Part shown: one piece after another, positions 7,900-8,653 of the stretch | Position numbering within the stretch: the first letter of the stretch is position 1 | How the letters are laid out: the number at the start of each line of letters is the position of its first letter | Assembly: GCA_051294375.1 (NCBI GenBank) | Contig: JBJCIZ010000069.1 | Coordinates: 1 to 8,653, forward strand | Direction: 5' to 3' | Source: Paraspadella gotoi | Taxonomy: Eukaryota; Animalia; Chaetognatha | DNA length: 8,653 nucleotides | Program-made: the position numbers and the translations under genes | The notes under the pieces: model-generated | Seen by the model: only the letters and a program-made list of their open reading frames with translations | Told to the model about the DNA's origin: nothing | Databases searched by the model: none

Positions 7900-8653
7900 C
7901 TTCATTGTAAAAAGATTAGACTGAAAGACCCAGACCAAAGATCTGACTTCTCCTGATCACTGTCACTAAGATGAGATATTTTGAACTGCTTCAGAAATGC
8001 TTCTTTGTCCTCCCAATTAGTGCAAGTTGCTCCTTTTTGTCTCTCTTTTTCCACATCAACATCAATCTTCAAGAAATCATCTTTCACGAGATTTGCCTTA
8101 CTTGATAGATCAAAATTGACTCCACGACTATGCATGTCAGTTAGCATGTCAGATGACATGTTTGTTTTCCCCTCCATGGAAGAAAATGGAACAGCTTGAT
8201 TTTTCTCATTGACATAAGAAACAGAGATTTCATCTTGAAGTTCAGTCAACTCCTCACCAGAGACTATGTGAAATACAGTAGACTCTGAATCCAAAGGCTC
8301 GTTTTTCTTCATGTTGAACAACCTCACCAAAATTTTTCCTTTCTTCGCAGAACAATTTCTTCTTTTGTTCATTGATAACTGGAATTTTGTAAGTCCTTGA
8401 CTTTCCACAAAACTGATACCGCGGAATCATCATTTTGTCAGTAGGCTCATCATAGAATGATAGAAATGAATGCTTTCCTTGTTGGTTTCCGGTTTTGTAA
8501 GCATTCCACCCATGTGATGCTTCTTGGATGAATGTTGTTTCCTGGTACAACGCATGAGTGTAGAACGCCTGAATCTCCACGTAGACGAGAATCTCGTTAA
8601 AAAAAGATTCAACATTTTTCTTATAGAATTTCGTTCAAAGATCTGACTACCCA
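7900..8653 (-). pseudogene. End of the protease region and protease-RT linker of pol
   Basis: The window edge reads xGSQIF, a weak match to the protease C-terminal ILGxDF motif. YKIPVINE...(KGK/N)FGEV and SHLSDSDQEK resemble Gypsy PR-RT linkers. The catalytic DTG motif is not in the window. Confidence 0.5.

Larger units (their letters stand above)
2488..8653 (-). mobile_element. Ty3/Gypsy-type LTR retrotransposon, 3' portion (pol, post-pol accessory region, PPT, candidate LTR); continues beyond the right edge
   Basis: Domain order RT-RNaseH-IN is the Gypsy order (Copia has IN before RT), and Gypsy-type motifs are seen in each domain. The left boundary is inferred from the PPT and TG...CA termini. 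Confidence 0.85.
4407..8653 (-). pseudogene. pol: Gypsy pol polyprotein broken into more than 10 ORF pieces by indels (decay or sequencing error)
   Basis: Consecutive minus-strand ORF fragments carry collinear RT, RNase H and integrase motifs in alternating frames. The terminal stop is at 4407-4409. Confidence 0.93.

Noticed and set aside
4278-8199. + strand ORFs overlapping pol (4278, 6131, 6214, 7707, 7981)
   Set aside because: Short antisense shadows without motifs.

Overview
Eukaryotic DNA that reads as a junction within Ty3/Gypsy (Metaviridae) LTR-retrotransposon sequence on the minus strand. Right to left: (1) a heavily frameshifted pol (protease-RT linker, RT, RNase H, a long spacer, then HHCC/DD35E integrase ending at 4407); (2) about 1.6 kb holding two antisense (+ strand) genes for small single-pass membrane proteins, one with four in-phase exons joined by canonical GT-AG introns; (3) a polypurine tract and a candidate ~330-bp TG...CA LTR; (4) a possible tRNA-Lys-type PBS; (5) a ~2-kb leader with a small ORF; (6) an uninterrupted ORF (441->1, absent from the ORF track) in the gag position. 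The order pol-PPT-LTR-PBS-leader-gag suggests tandem copies sharing one LTR, or a 1-LTR circle. The most interesting feature is the antisense, intron-retaining membrane-protein cassette in the position normally held by env. The LTR, PBS and gag calls are positional inferences, since only one LTR copy is visible.
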